This document shows positions 36,465-45,451 of a stretch of DNA of 64,000 nt, piece by piece. The notes under the pieces were generated by a model, which worked only from the letters and a program-made list of their open reading frames with translations, was not told where the DNA came from and did not search any database. The stretch's first letter is position 1, and each line of letters opens with the position of its first letter. Position numbers and translations under genes: made by a program. Location: assembly GCF_001677475.2 (NCBI RefSeq), contig NZ_CP015229.1; one strand, written 5' to 3'. This DNA comes from Escherichia coli. Its GTDB lineage: Bacteria > Pseudomonadota > Gammaproteobacteria > Enterobacterales > Enterobacteriaceae.

Positions 36465-37061
36465 ATGCGGCGGATGCGCCGGGTGCCGGTCTGGCTGAGC
36501 GCCGGAATCGCCCTGCTGGTGATGCTGACGCTGTTTGGCCTTTACAGCCACCGGATGAACCTCGCCACCGAAACCGTACAACAGCGTATCGACGCCATTG
36601 GTAAAAATCTTCCGCCGCCACCCGTTCCGGTGCATAAACTGCGGTTGAAAATCCTGCTGGCGAACGAAATCGCCCGTGGCCTGCTGACGGTGGAGGAAGA
36701 TGACCATCACAGCCGTGTAATCTTTCGTGGCGATACGATGTTTATACCGGGGCAGAAAACCGTGAATGATGCGCTGCGCCCGGTGATTGACAAGGCCGCG
36801 CGTGAGATTGCGCGTGTGGGGGGCGCGGTGACGGTGACCGGCCACACGGACAGCCAGCCGATCCACTCCGCTGAATTCCCGTCCAACCAGGTATTGTCGG
36901 AAAAACGTGCGGCAGAAGTAGCTTCGCTGCTGACATCTGGTGGCGTTCCGGCTAGCCGAATTCGGGGTGTCGGTAAAGGGGATACTATGCCGGTGGCTGA
37001 TAATAGTACTAAAACTGGACGAGCGCAGAATCGCCGGGTGGAAATTCTGGTGGTGGAGTGA
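36465..37061 (+). CDS. TM helix plus OmpA/MotB-like peptidoglycan-binding domain (expected C-terminal part of a long-form TssL)
   Basis: 198-aa ORF; TM segment WLSAGIALLVMLTLFGLY then OmpA-like motifs (TGHTDSQP…NQVLSEKRA…NRRVEI). Confidence 0.7.
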   Translation: MRRMRRVPVWLSAGIALLVMLTLFGLYSHRMNLATETVQQRIDAIGKNLPPPPVPVHKLRLKILLANEIARGLLTVEEDDHHSRVIFRGDTMFIPGQKTVNDALRPVIDKAAREIARVGGAVTVTGHTDSQPIHSAEFPSNQVLSEKRAAEVASLLTSGGVPASRIRGVGKGDTMPVADNSTKTGRAQNRRVEILVVE

Positions 37062-37069
37062 ATTAATAA

Positions 37070-37755
37070 TGGAAAAGCTAGAGTGTAATGCGTCTAACCA
37101 TTCGCCAGTGTGGGGAGTAACAGAATTTATATTCTGGAAACTGGCGCCTAAAAAATGGGGGGGAGGCGTAGCATTTGGGCGTTATTTTAAAGATGGTTGG
37201 GTGAAGCATAACGGTCTTTTGATCAATGCAGCTGCAAATGCCTGGCATTTACCTGCCCCCTTACTTGCTGGAGTTTGTTGGATTGAAGTAGGGGGTGATC
37301 CTCAGATTATAGACACGCTGGCATTTGAATTTCGTGCTATGAGTTGGAGTGGGCCTGAATGGGTTGATGAACATATCACAATCGCTTCGAAACCAGAAAA
37401 AACTTCTTTTGGTGCGGTGAGTATGCAATTGCGAACTGCAGCCAGAACACTCGGGCTTGATGAGACTAAAATGGACAACTCTCAGTTGCGTGAGCTGGCA
37501 AATTGTCTCCAGCATGATGTGTTTAATATACAATTAGCTGCAAGACATCTTTATCAATTGGCTGAAAAAGATGGTTTTCAGGTATCCTTACCTCACCTGA
37601 CAAAAGAACAAATAAGAATTATTGGAGCTCGTTATAATCGAGGTGTTTCCCTTAGTCTGGAAAAAATAAAGGAAGATACCAGCTATGGCGATTTTATTAT
37701 AAATAACTGGTTACATTTCTCTAGTTTATTAATAACTACCTGGAAGTCTTCATGA
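37070..37755 (+). CDS. Lysozyme-like / lytic-transglycosylase-like protein without signal peptide; candidate Tge-type effector or T6SS-associated murein hydrolase
   Basis: AT-rich; start MEKLECN chosen after OmpA ORF stop (track 36940 start overlaps it); motifs CWIEVGG, FGAVSMQL, IGARYNRG resemble GH23 E…S / GLMQ / AYN-G. Confidence 0.4.
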
Positions 37756-38039
37756 GAAAAATAATTCAGATATCAGGGTGGTTATTATTTATTATGGGAT
37801 TGGTCACTATCATGCTTTTTTCCGGGAGTGAGTACCAGTGGATGCAGGATATGGACCCTTCAATAACAGCATTACCTCAGGGAAACGGAAATAGAGATGT
37901 AATCAGAAAATTAATTTATTCTATTTCAGTGGCTATTCAGATTGTTCTTTATTTTCTTTCAGTATCGCGTACAGGAAAGGGATTTTCAGCCCTGGGTATT
38001 TTGCTATTACTGATTACCGCATGGAGCTCTGAACAATAA
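37752..38039 (+). CDS. Small two-TM membrane protein; candidate immunity
   Basis: 95-aa ORF coupled (ATGA) to the upstream gene; hydrophobic segments WLLFIMGLVTIMLF and LGILLLLITAW. Confidence 0.4.
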   Translation: MRKIIQISGWLLFIMGLVTIMLFSGSEYQWMQDMDPSITALPQGNGNRDVIRKLIYSISVAIQIVLYFLSVSRTGKGFSALGILLLLITAWSSEQ

Positions 38040-41000
38040 TGCAAAAATTTCTCAGTCTGCTGTTTTCCCGCCGCACACTGGCCGTTGTCGGCGTGGTGGT
38101 GCTGGCGTTGCTGGTCTGGTTTATCGGGCCGCTGGTGGCGTTTGACACCTTGCATCCGCTTGCGTCCGTGGGTAGCCGGGTAGTCACTATCGTTCTGTTA
38201 CTGATGTTCCTTGCACTGTGGCTGGTTAACTGGTCGATGAGCATCATTGGCGTTACGGTTCTGTGCCTGGTTATCGGCTTTGTCTCACCGTTGCTGGCCT
38301 TCGGTGATGTTTATCCATTTGCGCCGCTGTGGCTGCGTCTGACGCTTATCGGCCTGATCCTTCTGTCTTATACGCTGTATGGCCTGTACCGATTGTGGCG
38401 GGCGCTGCGTCTGGATGAACAACTGCTGCGCCGTTTCCTGCATCCGCGCGGGGAAGATGTTCCGGTGGCAGGGGAAATTAAAGCCGACTTACGCACCGTC
38501 AGCCATATTGTCACTCGCGCTATTCGGCAACTGAAGCAACTGCGCGTAGACCTGCCGGGTTGGCGTAAGGTGCTGGAAGGAAAGCGTTTTCTGTACGAAC
38601 TGCCGTGGTTCATGGTTATCGGCAGCCCCGGTGATGGTAAAACTACCGCGCTGCTTAACACCGGGCTACAGTTTCCGCTGGCGGAGCAGATGGAGCAGAC
38701 CGCGCATATCCTTACCGTGCCGGGCGGCGGCACGCTGCACTGCGACTGGTGGTTCACCAACGAAGCGGTGCTCATTGACACTGCCGGGCGCTATGCCCGC
38801 CACGATGACGGCGGTGAAATCAGTGCGACCCAGCGCAACGCCGGGGAATGGCAGGGGTTTCTGGGACTGCTGCGTAAACACCGTCCCGGCGCACCGCTGA
38901 ACGGCGTTATCCTGACGCTAAACGTGGCGGATCTGACCGCGCAGTCCCCGGCGGAACGACTGGCTGCCTGTGCGGCTTTGCGTGCGCGGCTGGCTGAACT
39001 GCGTGAGACGCTGGGTATTCGTTTCCCGGTTTATCTGGTTGTCACTAAGATGGATCTGCTGCCGGGCTTTACGGAGTATTTCCGTGGGCTGACCAGTCAC
39101 CTGCGTGCCCAGGTCTGGGGCTTCACCCTGCCATACAGCCGCAGGCGTCACGCCAGCGATCCGCAGTCGTTGCATGCGCTCTGTGGCCAGGAACTGGCAA
39201 ATCTGACGCTGCGGCTGGATCAGGGGCTGGATACCCGGTTGCAGGAAGAGTACGACCTTAAAAGCCGTCAACGGCTCTACCGCTTTCCGCGCGAATTTGC
39301 CGCGCTGGGCGCGCCGCTGCTGGAAGCCATTGAACAGATTTTCCTCGATTCAAAATTTGACGCCACTCAGCTTAACAACACCCTACGCGGCGTATTTTTT
39401 ACCAGCGCCGCACAGGCGCAGGCAGACGCGGTGGCCGATCAGACGGGCATCTGGCAGCGCTTTGTCCGGGCGATCAAAGGGAAAGTGGAGTCACCTTCTC
39501 ATACCTTACCGGACGGCAACCGCAGCTATTTTCTTCATGACCTACTGACCCAGTTTATCTTCCGTGAAGCACACCTGGTGGAGCCGAATCTTCAATGGGC
39601 CTGGCGTTATCGCCTGCTGCGTACTGGCGGGCATCTGCTGGTACTAGCGTTGGCTTTCTGGTTGTGGCAGGGAATGCAGGGCAGCCAGCAGGGTAACAGC
39701 GGCTATCTGAATGAAATCGCCAGCCGGACGGTCCAACTGGATGGTGACGTCAAAGCCTATACCGGAAAACCTGCTATGCAGCCTGTCCCAGTCCTGTTGA
39801 ACCAGGCGCGGGCGCTCTCTGCCTGGCCGGGGCTGGACCCGGACTCACCGCCGCTGGCCTGGCGTTATGGTCTTTACAGCGTTCCGCCAGTAATGGAGAG
39901 CGTCGCATCCCTGTATGACCGTCTGCTGGACCAGCTCCTATTGCCGCCACTGGTGAAGCGCATGGAATATGTGCTTTCAGATGCCATTGCTCGTCAGGAC
40001 AGCAAAGCCGCGTATGACGCTCTGCATGTTTATCTGCTGCTGAATCTTGATAAAGACCACGAGGACAAATACAACGCAGCGGAGATCCACGCCTGGGTAC
40101 TGAACGATCTGGAAAACCGCGATAGCGTGGCGGAGTTCGGCGGCCGTGCAGCAGTGCTGGAACATATCGACGCCCTGTTTGACGGCAGCCGTGTGGTGCA
40201 TTCGCCTTATGACAAAGATGAGGGACTGATCCGCATGGCGCGGGCTTTCCTTGACGGTCATACCAGCACCGAGCGTATCTATACTCGAGCCCTGGCTTCC
40301 ATGGAGAGCGAAGCACCGCAGGAGTTTTCGCTGGTTCGCGCGGTGGGCGCGGATGCGGGGACGGTTTTTGTCCGCACGGATGGCGCGCCACTGGATAGGG
40401 GCGTGCCCGGCATCTTTACTCGCGAAGGCTACCGGGAACTGTTCGACAAACGGCTGTCGGAGTTTGTCGCCTCCGCATCAGCGGACGACGCCTGGGTAAT
40501 GGGCCGGGAAAACGCGCAAAAAAAAACGACTGATATTGTGATGAGCCAGTTGCCGGGGCAGGAACTCCCGGTTACCCGTGAGGTACGCCGCCTGTATCTG
40601 GCTGAATATGCCCGCCGCTGGCAGGATTTTCTGGCTAGTATTCACAGCATCAACAGTGCCGGGGAAGACGGTAGTCCCGGACTGGCGTATGACCTTCAGG
40701 TGCTTCGCACACTGGCCTCGCCTGACTCACCTCTGATGCGCCTGAGTAAAGCGGTGGTGGAGCAGACCACGCTGGTACCGCCGCTGGATGCGCAGGCCAG
40801 ACAAAAACAAATGGCCCAGCGCGCGCAGGACCGGCTCTCCGGTAATGCGGGTAAAGCAGTGCAGACGGCAAAGCTGTTGCAGGATATCCACCCGGAAGAG
40901 CGGCTGGAAAAATCGCTGGTGGATGACCGTTTCGCCGCTCTGCGGGAAGTGGTTTCCGGGCGGACGGACAGTGGACAGGGGGGCGGGGCGCCGCAGTTAA

Positions 41001-41905
41001 ATTCGCTGCTGACAATGCTCAATGAGTATTACACCCAGCTCACCATCGCCGACAGTGCATTGGCAGCGAGCACATTACCGGGCCGCATTTCGGCGGCGGA
41101 TAAACTACAACTGGAAGCGGCAAAACTGCCCGCACCGCTGAAAAATATTCTGCTGGATCTCACGCAGCAGGGAACGCGAAAGATCAACGCCGGCACCGGT
41201 GAAGTGCTGAACGCGCAGATGGAGGCGGTGATCGGTGATGAGTGCCGTGACGCCATTGACGGGCGCTATCCCTTCACCGACAGCCCGCAGGAAGTCAGCG
41301 CGGACGATTTTAACCGTATCTTTGCTAGCGGCGGTGTGCTGGATGCCTTCTGGACGAAGCAACTGGCCCCGCTGGCGGATACCGCCAGCAACCCGTGGCG
41401 ATACAAACCGACCGAAGGCAACATGACTTTACAGGGGCCGGACCTGACGCCGTTTCAGGAGGCGAAACAGATCCGCAGCGTGTTTTTTAACGGCGACGGC
41501 GGGAAAAAGTTCTCCTGGGCGATGCAGGTCCGCGTCGTGGATATGGACCCGGCCATCACCGAACTGGTGATTGACATTGACGGCCAGGTACTGCGTTACG
41601 CTCACGGCCCGGTCAGGCCGCTGAAAGTGAACTGGCCGGGTCCGCGCAACGGCTCAATGGCGGAAATAACCGCCAGCCCGCGCATCCGCCAGGACACCTC
41701 GACGCTGCTGACTAATGGACCGTGGGCGCTGTTTCACCTGCTGGATGCGGGAAAAGCGCAAGAAACGGCGGTACGGGGAATACAGCAGGTGGAGTACAGC
41801 TTTGACGGGCGGCGGGTGATACTGGAAATCACCGCCGGACGGGATTTTGACCCAGTGGATCGCGGACTATTGCAACTCTTCGCCTGCCCGGAGCGAGCGC
41901 TGTGA
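38039..41905 (+). CDS. tssM: T6SS membrane complex protein TssM (IcmF)
   Basis: 1288-aa ORF; N-terminal TM helices; Walker A GSPGDGKTT. Confidence 0.92.
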   Translation: MQKFLSLLFSRRTLAVVGVVVLALLVWFIGPLVAFDTLHPLASVGSRVVTIVLLLMFLALWLVNWSMSIIGVTVLCLVIGFVSPLLAFGDVYPFAPLWLRLTLIGLILLSYTLYGLYRLWRALRLDEQLLRRFLHPRGEDVPVAGEIKADLRTVSHIVTRAIRQLKQLRVDLPGWRKVLEGKRFLYELPWFMVIGSPGDGKTTALLNTGLQFPLAEQMEQTAHILTVPGGGTLHCDWWFTNEAVLIDTAGRYARHDDGGEISATQRNAGEWQGFLGLLRKHRPGAPLNGVILTLNVADLTAQSPAERLAACAALRARLAELRETLGIRFPVYLVVTKMDLLPGFTEYFRGLTSHLRAQVWGFTLPYSRRRHASDPQSLHALCGQELANLTLRLDQGLDTRLQEEYDLKSRQRLYRFPREFAALGAPLLEAIEQIFLDSKFDATQLNNTLRGVFFTSAAQAQADAVADQTGIWQRFVRAIKGKVESPSHTLPDGNRSYFLHDLLTQFIFREAHLVEPNLQWAWRYRLLRTGGHLLVLALAFWLWQGMQGSQQGNSGYLNEIASRTVQLDGDVKAYTGKPAMQPVPVLLNQARALSAWPGLDPDSPPLAWRYGLYSVPPVMESVASLYDRLLDQLLLPPLVKRMEYVLSDAIARQDSKAAYDALHVYLLLNLDKDHEDKYNAAEIHAWVLNDLENRDSVAEFGGRAAVLEHIDALFDGSRVVHSPYDKDEGLIRMARAFLDGHTSTERIYTRALASMESEAPQEFSLVRAVGADAGTVFVRTDGAPLDRGVPGIFTREGYRELFDKRLSEFVASASADDAWVMGRENAQKKTTDIVMSQLPGQELPVTREVRRLYLAEYARRWQDFLASIHSINSAGEDGSPGLAYDLQVLRTLASPDSPLMRLSKAVVEQTTLVPPLDAQARQKQMAQRAQDRLSGNAGKAVQTAKLLQDIHPEERLEKSLVDDRFAALREVVSGRTDSGQGGGAPQLNSLLTMLNEYYTQLTIADSALAASTLPGRISAADKLQLEAAKLPAPLKNILLDLTQQGTRKINAGTGEVLNAQMEAVIGDECRDAIDGRYPFTDSPQEVSADDFNRIFASGGVLDAFWTKQLAPLADTASNPWRYKPTEGNMTLQGPDLTPFQEAKQIRSVFFNGDGGKKFSWAMQVRVVDMDPAITELVIDIDGQVLRYAHGPVRPLKVNWPGPRNGSMAEITASPRIRQDTSTLLTNGPWALFHLLDAGKAQETAVRGIQQVEYSFDGRRVILEITAGRDFDPVDRGLLQLFACPERAL

Positions 41906-42093
41906 TACGCCGGGCGGCGGCAGTATCGTTGGCAGACTACCGGACCCATGTGACTATGCTAAAGGCTGCATTCACGGATGTCTTGACGTGGAGTTGTATG
42001 CTAAAACAGGCCGTTGCACCAGGTGAGCAAAAAGTCACCATTAATGTCACTTATATACTGAGATGGCAGGGCAACGACGCAACAAAACTATAA
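41902..42093 (+). other. Short ORF whose 5' end is a degenerate duplicate of the tagF start (probable insertion scar)
   Basis: tgtgatacgccgggc…ggcagactaccggacc at 41901..41946 parallels ttgtgatgcgccgggc…ggcagactgccggacc at 43504..43560; peptide MIRRAAAVS vs TagF MMRRAEIS. Confidence 0.45.
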
Positions 42094-42151
42094 ACTTTCT
42101 TAAACCGACGTTATAGCGACCATCCTACTACCGTGATTCAGGAAGCATGAT

Positions 42152-42847
42152 ATGCAACAATATACGCGTTTTTTTATTATTTTTTTGTTATATGCCATGT
42201 CAGGAAATGTTTTTGCTGATATCAGAAAAAACACAGGAACTATTGACCCCGATTATATTAATCTCAGTGCGCAGGAATTTTTGTCATTTTATGCTCGTGG
42301 AACGTCACAGGAAAAAGAAAATGTTCTGATGTATGTCCTTGGTGTGAGTGATGCGACAGAAAGTAAAACCTGGTGTGGATATAATAAGATTAATGAAATA
42401 GAACTTTATTCATCGGTACTGACATATCTTAATCAGCAGTCGGTTAACGATATGAATATGCGAGCTTCAACTCTGATTGAACAAGCGATGGTCAGGCTGT
42501 TTCCCTGCCCGGATATGGCATCACCGGAAAAAAAATCTCCCCGGCAGTCATCTGTTTCACACCTGACCTCTGGCGCGTTCGATCTGAACGGAGATGATTT
42601 TTTCCGCTTCTGGCAGTCAGATAACAGGCAGGATAGGCTTAATGCGAAAATCTATCTTTTGGGTATAGAAGATGCCACGGAAAGAAAAACATGGTGCGAT
42701 TATAAAACGATTAAAACAGTTACACTGGATGAGATTATTTACTGGTATTTCAGAAAAAAAACGTCAGATAAACTGAATGAACGGGCTGCAAATATTATTA
42801 TTGAGGCACTAAGTAAACACTCCTGTGATAAAGGAAATAATAAATGA
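42152..42847 (+). CDS. Secreted protein with two tandem homologous domains; candidate immunity for Tae4
   Basis: 231-aa AT-rich ORF; signal peptide (FFIIFLLYAMSGNVFA); internal repeat (…VLMYVLGVSDATESKTWCGYNKI… vs …IYLLGIEDATERKTWCDYKTI…). Confidence 0.4.
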   Translation: MQQYTRFFIIFLLYAMSGNVFADIRKNTGTIDPDYINLSAQEFLSFYARGTSQEKENVLMYVLGVSDATESKTWCGYNKINEIELYSSVLTYLNQQSVNDMNMRASTLIEQAMVRLFPCPDMASPEKKSPRQSSVSHLTSGAFDLNGDDFFRFWQSDNRQDRLNAKIYLLGIEDATERKTWCDYKTIKTVTLDEIIYWYFRKKTSDKLNERAANIIIEALSKHSCDKGNNK

Positions 42848-43320
42848 AACCTTCATTTTTCACACTTAAAAAAAAACATTACTCATCAGTTCAGATTGAT
42901 GGTGATGTTTTGTACAGTGAAGTGGGTTATAACTATGAAGCACTGCAACAGCAAAATGCTGGTTATGTAAATACCTGTGCCACACGTATGAGTCTGGCGC
43001 TGATTAAATCAGGCGTCAGCTTTAACGGGCGACTGACGATCAAAAGTGGTGACTGGAAAGGGAAGAAAATAGAAACCGGTGCGAAATTACTGGCAGATCA
43101 GCTTTCCCGAGCTGATGTTTTTGGAAGACCAGTTATCTGGTGTGACTCAGAAAAATTTAAAACAGACACCAGTAATAAAAGAGGAGTGGTCTTTTTCTGG
43201 AAGATTACGGGTTACGGTGGCGGTCATATTGATCTTATTGAGCCTTCTACCACAGGTGCTATATGTCATTCACATTGCTATTTTAGCTGCAAGGAAATCT
43301 GGTTCTGGGAACTGAATTAA
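42844..43320 (+). CDS. tae4: Tae4-family T6SS amidase effector (peptidoglycan D-Glu-mDAP amidase family)
   Basis: 158-aa ORF, ATGA-coupled; Cys45 in NTCATRMSLAL and His128 in GGGHIDLIE, then CHSHCYF, as recalled for Tae4; no signal peptide. Confidence 0.6.
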   Translation: MKPSFFTLKKKHYSSVQIDGDVLYSEVGYNYEALQQQNAGYVNTCATRMSLALIKSGVSFNGRLTIKSGDWKGKKIETGAKLLADQLSRADVFGRPVIWCDSEKFKTDTSNKRGVVFFWKITGYGGGHIDLIEPSTTGAICHSHCYFSCKEIWFWELN

Positions 43321-43505
43321 CAATTTTATTGGAAGCTGATTCCTGTTCTCTTTGTTGGGGGGATGCCCGAGCGATTTTATTATAAATGCTCTGATTCCTG
43401 TGGAAGAAAATTAATCCTGATATCTGACTTTATTATTGAAATGAAGAATTATGTTATGTATTACCGGGAATTGCTGAAAAACTTCACCTGTCCGGTAAGG
43501 ACGTT

Positions 43506-44276
43506 GTGATGCGCCGGGCAGAGATATCGGCCCCGGCGATGTTCGGCAGACTGCCGGACCAGCGGGACTATGTGCGCTGGCGGGTGAGCGCGAACGAAGG
43601 GCAGGTGTGGCAGGCGTGGCTGAACCAGCAAACGTGGCTGGGACAGGGGCGGCATATTGTTCTGCCGGAAGGAACGGATGCTGCGAAGACCGGAGTAAAT
43701 GACGGTTGGATGCACCTGTCACCGAGCGAGAAAACGGCGGTGCCGGAACACCATCCGCTACCGTGGAGCTTTGTATTATCGCCGGGATTTTTATCCATTG
43801 GTGGGCGCGATGAGTGGCTGACCGGGGTACTGACCGCCTCGCGTGACAGCACGGGCAGGCCGTGGCCGCTGGTGATTTACCAGCGTGCCGGACGGGAATG
43901 GCTGGAAGAGAGTCTGGATGAAACGCAAGGCTGGCTGTACTGGCTGGCAAGACTGGCGGCAGTACATGTCTCACCACAGACAGAACGCTGCGGGCGGCTG
44001 GCGGAGCAGGCAGACCAGCTGTGGGCGATGTGGCGACCGGGGCCGCGCTGGGCGCAGTGGTTGCGTGGTTTGCGGCGTGTACCGCAGCGCAGCCGGGAAC
44101 TCACCGGCCTGCCGGACGCACCGGTAGTGGAACTGCCCGGCGTGCGGCACCTGCCGTGGCCGGGCTGGCCGGACAAAATGCTGACGCAGGCACAACAAGG
44201 GCAGGGCTGGTTCTGGCAGCAGAACAGCGAGGGGCGGTATGTGGATGCGCTGCGGCTGACGGGGCAATCCTCATAA
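43506..44276 (+). CDS. tagF: T6SS-associated protein TagF (ImpM/DUF2094)
   Basis: 256-aa GC-rich ORF; N-terminal FGRLPDQRDYV resembles TagF F(Y)GKLPxxGDF motif. Confidence 0.55.
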   Translation: MMRRAEISAPAMFGRLPDQRDYVRWRVSANEGQVWQAWLNQQTWLGQGRHIVLPEGTDAAKTGVNDGWMHLSPSEKTAVPEHHPLPWSFVLSPGFLSIGGRDEWLTGVLTASRDSTGRPWPLVIYQRAGREWLEESLDETQGWLYWLARLAAVHVSPQTERCGRLAEQADQLWAMWRPGPRWAQWLRGLRRVPQRSRELTGLPDAPVVELPGVRHLPWPGWPDKMLTQAQQGQGWFWQQNSEGRYVDALRLTGQSS

Positions 44277-44342
44277 TATATAAAATCATATTTCCCCCCA
44301 AAATATTTCAGATGAAACCAGATAATATTTAACGAGAATAAA

Positions 44343-45044
44343 ATGACCAAGCTTAAATATGATGAAAACGGCCTGCTAGCAGAATACTATGCAAAAACAG
44401 ATATTGACGGTGATGTCATCACTCACAAAGATGACAGAATGACGTATTTATTAAATAAAAATACTGGCTCTATTTCTGTAGTGATAAAGTGGAAGTATGA
44501 GTGGTATAAGGATAATACCGTTACAGATGACTGGACTGTATTGGAAAAAGCTATTTTCATGAGATCAGTATATTTATCTGTTCAACAGGCATGGAATGGG
44601 AAAATAACTTATTCTGTTTCCGGTGAATCTGAGTTCGCTAAAAAATTTCAGGGGAAAGCTTTGCCTTTTGATGTGAGGATAATCCCTGTATCTCAGAATG
44701 AAGACTGGTTGGTAATTGCAACTAAAGTTTTGCCTGGTGCTGATTTAAGAACGTATGTTGATTTTAAGAACAGCACGGTTCATGTTGACTCAGCAGACCT
44801 GGAAAAAGTAGCAAAATGTTTTAATTGTAACAATACAGTGCAAATAAATATACCACATGAAGCCGGACATGTACTTGGTTACTTAGATGATGATTATGAT
44901 TCTTCGTCTCCGTATGTTGGAGATGTTAGTGGGCTGATGAATATGGGAATGGAACTCCGGGAAAGATATCTTAAAAACTCAACTATAACGTTGAATGTAA
45001 TAATGCCTGATACTAACTTCACTCTATTGAATGTAACCAAATGA
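44343..45044 (+). CDS. Putative zinc metallopeptidase toxin (HExxHxxGxxD motif), no signal peptide; candidate T6SS effector
   Basis: 233-aa AT-rich ORF; HEAGHVLGYLDD; immediately upstream of vgrG. Confidence 0.5.
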   Translation: MTKLKYDENGLLAEYYAKTDIDGDVITHKDDRMTYLLNKNTGSISVVIKWKYEWYKDNTVTDDWTVLEKAIFMRSVYLSVQQAWNGKITYSVSGESEFAKKFQGKALPFDVRIIPVSQNEDWLVIATKVLPGADLRTYVDFKNSTVHVDSADLEKVAKCFNCNNTVQINIPHEAGHVLGYLDDDYDSSSPYVGDVSGLMNMGMELRERYLKNSTITLNVIMPDTNFTLLNVTK

Positions 45045-45427
45045 AATTAATCTGTATTATAGTGTTCTTTCTTTCAATAAATTACGTAATCACAGCAAAT
45101 GTTTTCGAGCCTTCTGTAGTTTTTCAATCTCCCAGGTATTATGAGGAAAATGATATACAGAATGGAAATAACGATGCTTTTTTTGTGAAAAAATACGGCC
45201 CGCCTGTTCATGAGTTCATGAAGCCACGATATAAGTTTGCCGGTGAATATTATATCGGCTTGAATCAGACTTATCGCATCACAAACCCTGAATTTAAAGA
45301 TGTGCCTATTAAAGAAATGTTCTGGAATCTGCAAGAGGATTTAAATCTTACATGCTGGTTCCATTATAAAGACGGGCAGTGGCGGGTTATTTCTTATATT
45401 TTTTGGCCACCAGGGGCTAAATTTTAA
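45041..45427 (+). CDS. Secreted small protein, candidate immunity for the metallopeptidase
   Basis: 128-aa ORF, ATGA-coupled; N-terminal signal peptide (MKLICIIVFFLSINYVITANVF). Confidence 0.45.
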   Translation: MKLICIIVFFLSINYVITANVFEPSVVFQSPRYYEENDIQNGNNDAFFVKKYGPPVHEFMKPRYKFAGEYYIGLNQTYRITNPEFKDVPIKEMFWNLQEDLNLTCWFHYKDGQWRVISYIFWPPGAKF

Positions 45428-45451
45428 TCCGGTATTAAAGGAGTAAACACC

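Noticed and set aside
36033-36936. 277-aa minus-strand ORF antisense to tssL and the OmpA-domain gene, and 36742..36936
   Set aside because: Antisense to a conserved operon; the sense-strand ORFs carry the DotU/OmpA features.
36940-37069. Upstream extension of the lysozyme-like ORF (track start at 36940)
   Set aside because: Overlaps the 3' end of the OmpA-domain gene in another frame; first ATG after that gene's stop (37070) is preferred.
38368-41426. Many ORFs within or antisense to tssM (e.g. 39774..40391, 40650..41015, 38368..38781)
   Set aside because: Nested in the 1288-aa tssM; spurious.
43411-44350. Minus-strand ORFs 43411..43977, 43568..43852, 43877..44350, 43971..44267 and plus ORFs 43885..44127, 44021..44332
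   Set aside because: Antisense or alternative-frame to tagF in a GC-rich segment; tagF has a recognisable N-terminal motif.
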